From the NCBI GenBank assembly GCA_963709405.1, contig CAVPXM010000020.1, forward strand, positions 32,001-96,000: a DNA stretch of 64,000 nt. Direction: 5' to 3'. Source of the stretch: an uncultured Nitrososphaerales archaeon (GTDB lineage: Archaea; Thermoproteota; Nitrososphaeria; Nitrososphaerales; Nitrososphaeraceae). The position numbers and the translations under genes are program-made. This document shows positions 59,677 through 64,000 of this stretch, in pieces. Under the pieces are notes generated by a model. It did not search any database and was not told the DNA's origin. It saw nothing but the letters and a program-made list of their open reading frames with translations. Every line of letters starts with the position of its first letter. Position 1 is the stretch's first letter.

Positions 59677-60587
59677 TCAAACGATTGCAGGTTTGCTCCC
59701 TTTAGTTTTCTGTTTTATCGTAAAAATAATGACAAGAGGCACAATAATTACTTCCAAGCCAAGTGCAATAGTATTTGATAACACATTAAGAAAAATATTT
59801 CGCAATATTTGATCTCTGAATAATATGATCCATATACTAAACAGTATCAGACTTGTCGCAAACATAGGATATTTTATTAGATTAAATTTGCTAATTTTGC
59901 GCGGATGAATTCCGTTATGTCTATTTAATTCTCCAGCTACAAATAAGCCAACTACAGAAGCATATGCAACCAATATCGTAACGTAATAGATAGTAGGATT
60001 CGCTGTCCAACTTAGAAGGTGCATACCGTTACCAGGAGCAAAGTTCGAAACCAATATTATTACGATTGAAGTGTATAGAAAAGCTAGGTCAAGGATTTGG
60101 CTGTTTTGCGCAAAACCATATACCCCTCCCACATGGAACGGGATCACATCCGTATTCACTGAGATCAGGATCTGCCTTATCGACTTACCCTCTAGAATCT
60201 TCTTGATAAAAGTAAATCTTCTCTTGTGGATCTAATTGTTCATCTTTTCCATTAGCATCTAGTAATCCTCGCTTAAGAAGCCTTGTTAGAGGATAGAACC
60301 ACTCAACACCCCTGTCTTTTACTGTAGTAAAGGAGTCTTACAACATATGAAGAAATATTCCTAACGAAAAAAAGGACTAATAATATAGGCTAATCCCATT
60401 ATAAACACATTATGCAATCCAGCCCTGTGGATTTGTTCGTCAGCATATCTCTTCTTGGGCAGAACCAATATTCTCTATCCAAGTCTGGAAAAACTGCACC
60501 AAGAGCAATCAAAAGTTCGATCTCTGGCTTATCAAAGAATAGTAGTCCTACTGTAAATGCAAATGCAAAATGAGTCGGTAAATCCAT
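59677..60587 (-). pseudogene. Membrane metal-dependent hydrolase (YdjM/DUF457-like), disrupted
   Basis: MDLPTHFAF..GAVFPDLD; downstream hydrophobic ORF; multiple frameshifts. Confidence 0.65.
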
Positions 60588-60906
60588 ATTTCACTTCTCC
60601 GGGAGGTCAAGATGATTTTTTATGATACGTATTATGGTACATGCATTAATAACTGCAACTCTAAAATTGGTCATAATTCTTCATGAGTGTGCACACTTAT
60701 TAAGCAGTACTCAAAAAATACTGTAATTATTCAGATTTCCTTATTATTTGTGCATGCAGTGTAACCTACGACTCAGTTCAGATAATATGTATATCTAGGC
60801 ATGCGGCTCTGAAAAGTGGTATAAAATTTAGTTATTATTCTCTAGATAGCACATTGTTATTGTAGTTAGAAATAAATCGACTACCAGTATGGTCTAGGAG
60901 GAATCA

Positions 60907-61785
60907 TCATTTGGAATGTATCCTTTTAGCAACTAAAGAATAAAACAATCTATCAGGGATGAGCGGCAGCAACCTAACTGCAAATTTCTCTTTTGTAGAT
61001 CCGATAATATATCTTTGACTTGGATTTGGTAAAGAAATGGCCTTATGAATAACATTTGCAACTGCAATTGGGTTTAATCCTGTGTAATAATTGCTTTTTG
61101 GGAAATACTTGTTATATGCTAAGATAAATCTTGTTTTATTATTCTTATTTAGTATATCATCTATCTTTGGTCTCAAAGTATCATAAATACTAGTATTGAT
61201 AACTCCAGGGTTGATAGTTATGACTTTGATACTTGTATTCCAAAGCTCCATTCTAAGAGCGTCAGACATTGCTTCTAATGCATGTTTTGAAGCTGCATAA
61301 GCTCCAATCAAAGGAAACGATATCAATCCAGCAAGTGAGCTTATATTTATAATTCTACCCCCTATTTCACTTCTTTGCATCATCATAATTGATAATACTC
61401 TTTTCGTAATGTCTACATGGCCGAAGAAATTGGTTTCAAATTGGTTTCTTAAGTTATCCATAGTTATATCTTCTATTGCTGCAGGTTCAAGGTAGCCTGC
61501 ATTATTTACAAGGCCATAGATTGCATTATCTCCGGCATTTGAAGTGATTTTACTAATGACATCATTAAATATTTCTGGTTTGGTAATGTCAAACTCTATG
61601 GGTATATAGAGTTCTTTTCCACTTCTTTTGGATTGTATTTCATTCAAAATTCTTGCAGATTCAACGGCAAGCTTATCATATCTTCGCGCTAGTCCAAAAA
61701 CTTGGTACCCTGATTCAAGCAACTTGATGACAGTCTCTTTACCAATACCACTAGAAGCTCCAGTCACTATAACTGATTTTCCCAA
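60907..61785 (-). CDS. Short-chain dehydrogenase/reductase
   Basis: TGASSGIG, NNAG, YAASK. Confidence 0.92.
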   Translation of the reverse strand: MGKSVIVTGASSGIGKETVIKLLESGYQVFGLARRYDKLAVESARILNEIQSKRSGKELYIPIEFDITKPEIFNDVISKITSNAGDNAIYGLVNNAGYLEPAAIEDITMDNLRNQFETNFFGHVDITKRVLSIMMMQRSEIGGRIINISSLAGLISFPLIGAYAASKHALEAMSDALRMELWNTSIKVITINPGVINTSIYDTLRPKIDDILNKNNKTRFILAYNKYFPKSNYYTGLNPIAVANVIHKAISLPNPSQRYIIGSTKEKFAVRLLPLIPDRLFYSLVAKRIHSK

Positions 61786-61969
61786 TTTAATTAAGTAACT
61801 TATATATGTGTTAGTACATATATAATACTAACTTATATGCCGGACTAAATGCTATAATGCTTAATAATTGAAGACTACTATTACCGCAACAGGTAAAGGA
61901 AAACTCGTTAGGATCAACAGTGAATTCAGTCATGGTATTATTTTAGAACGAAAAATAGAAGATATTATA

Positions 61970-62472
61970 AGTGAAGTGTCTAAGTTTATGTCGTTATTTG
62001 CTCATTACATAACGTAGATTTCGAAATAATTATAGCTTGGGACAAGCCGTATTTTCATTCTGTGAATCATCTTCCAAACTCATACTTACCATACTACAGA
62101 AGAACAAGTTAAAGTCATTTATGAGGAATACGAATAACAAAAAGGAATACCGCAGATTACTGGCTATACTCCAAAAAGTTGAAGGTAGAAAAGACTCATA
62201 CTCATATGGGATAACGCTTCATACCATGTAAGCCTAATGGTACGGAATTATATCAATGCACAGAAACAAAAAGACTGGCTGACCATTATTCACCTACCAA
62301 AGAAAGCACCATACCTAAATCCAAATGAAAGGAAAGTAAACCAGCAGATAAAATCAGATGTGTGTGCAAACAGATTTTATACGCAGATAGAAGAACAGAA
62401 AGCTGCAGTATCAGGTTATCTAGAGAGTAGATTTGGAACTTGGAATGACGACAGACACTACGACACTTGACT
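61970..62472 (+). mobile_element. Internally deleted IS630 type A (503 bp, MITE-like)
   Basis: Both TIRs and flanking TA (61968-69, 62473-74); near-identical to the ends of copy 2; deletion junction near 62188. Confidence 0.9.
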
Positions 62473-63543
62473 TAGTTGGTCTGGTCACGACTTTAGTCGG
62501 TTGAGAACCCTTTTAGAAAATGAAATCCACCAAATTCCAATAGAAACAAGTTTTGATGATGGCGAGCATCTACTGTGTATTGAGAGTGGGACAGTTAGTA
62601 CATCGACATATCTCCAAATAATCCACTTATGAAAGCTGGTGGATGAATAGGCTGGCAAATCACATGTGAACTTAAGTTCCCAACCAGGTTGTAATGTTAC
62701 CGTTTTTGGAATAAGTCTTAACAGTAATTTGCAAGTTTTCAGAGTTTGGTACTCGGATCCAACTAGATCTAAAGTAGTCATATTCGCAAGAATAAGCAAT
62801 GATAGGAATTTCATGACAGCAAGGAGAATTGTATGTATCACACTAACAATATTAATACACTTACCTGTATGCGTATATATGTACACACATACTACGAACG
62901 ACAAAGCATGAATGTATGACAAACAGTGAATCGACCAGTTAAGTAGAAGAACTTTTCCCACTCACATCTGTTAACTAAATTGTTCATCTATTTCTACAAG
63001 TACTATTTTCGTAGCAGTACAATTGCACAGTATATCTAAATGATTTTTCTGTTTCAGTAAAACAGAGAATTATACCCTCTCCCATAAGGGGCTCAAGCAG
63101 ATATGAGGCCGTTAAAGCTAATGATATAATACTGGCAGATGTCAATGATCTCACAAAACAGTAATTTATTATCAGCAAGTGTTGAAATGTCATCCTGGGA
63201 TAGGAAGAGTTACGAGATTGTTGCAGTATATAATAATTTATCAATATAAGGCATTTACCAACTATTGTAACATATAAAAAAATTTTGGTAGACAGCATCG
63301 TTTCATCAATAGCGTATGTCGCATGAACATCAATTAATCAGTTAATGCCATCTCCTGAGTTAAAGGTTAAACGCTAGTCCATAGAAGCAGATGTATCAAG
63401 CAGCCGCATTGTTATGTTGCAAGTTAATAATATAATCTGTAGGATTATCTAAGATTATATTATCATTACACAGATTACCAACCATCATGTTTACAAGTAG
63501 ATGTAATTTTTTTTGTATTTATCGCTGCGAAACATTCAAAATT

Positions 63544-64000
63544 ATGTCATTGCTATATTTAGCAGTGACATTAGTTTGCTTATTGTCGATTAGTTCGAAT
63601 ACGTCTTACTCCACAACATCTGTATCAGCTATTTTTGGTGCATCCTCTTCAATAACTACTAACAATAATTTCTTGACATATCATGACAATACCTTAGGAA
63701 TAAAAATAGATTATCCTACTGGGTGGATACACGAATTACATGCCGGTGGTCTTGTTACCTTTCTCCCAAGTCTAGAAGGTAATACAAATACATATCCTGC
63801 AGGTCTTGGCATAACAGTTGAACATTTAAAATCAAAAAACATGGCACTTTCTGAAATAACAAAAATACAGATCAAAAACTTGACACAGAACCATCCCGAT
63901 TTTAGGCCTCTAGAATCAACCGACTTTAGGTTAGCAGGCATTATGGCCTATAAGATAGTATTTACTGCAACAGACAGTATGAAGCATGAACGAAAGGCGA
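63544..64000 (+). CDS. PsbP-like exported protein (runs off window end)
   Basis: Signal peptide; FLTYHDNTLGIKIDYPTGW...LAGIMAYKIVFT. Confidence 0.75.
   Translation, partial: MSLLYLAVTLVCLLSISSNTSYSTTSVSAIFGASSSITTNNNFLTYHDNTLGIKIDYPTGWIHELHAGGLVTFLPSLEGNTNTYPAGLGITVEHLKSKNMALSEITKIQIKNLTQNHPDFRPLESTDFRLAGIMAYKIVFTATDSMKHERKA

Noticed and set aside
62485-63298. 158-, 81- and 104-aa ORFs after the MITE
   Set aside because: No recognisable motifs; possibly a decayed + strand gene hit by the IS, but identity cannot be supported
1-64000. CRISPR array, tRNA or rRNA genes
   Set aside because: No regularly spaced 25-40 bp repeats and no cloverleaf or rRNA signature found by eye; short RNAs could be missed

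Overview
AT-rich archaeal DNA whose gene families (PsbP-like, MEDS, RHH regulators, cupredoxin, DUF7482-like, an expanded HTH/coiled-coil family) point to a soil ammonia-oxidising archaeon (Nitrososphaeraceae; inference from family content). It is an accessory region with no rRNA, tRNA or CRISPR array detected. Mobile DNA: three copies of one IS630-family element (one inside a DUF7482-like gene, one internally deleted), a second truncated IS630 type, an IS5-like element with an 8-bp target duplication, and relics of a tyrosine integrase and an IS6-like transposase. Highlights: (i) three paralogous HTH+coiled-coil genes, each preceded by a roughly 10-bp-phased degenerate heptamer array; one lies downstream of a cryptic element module encoding a Topo VI-A-like (Mini-A) protein and a P-loop ATPase, and one appears split by a 3.5-kb cargo block; (ii) a 22-39 kb cluster of exported redox/metal genes (cupredoxin, two tandem-DUF7482-like proteins, a 5-TM molybdoenzyme with an internal Tat-like motif next to tatC and a Met-rich secreted protein, DM13, a CARF-wHTH regulator, a DUF3179 fragment); (iii) a multi-TM protein fused to a Venus-flytrap binding domain. 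Many genes carry single-base frameshifts, which may be long-read errors rather than true pseudogenes. All family assignments are from motif recognition by eye, not database searches.
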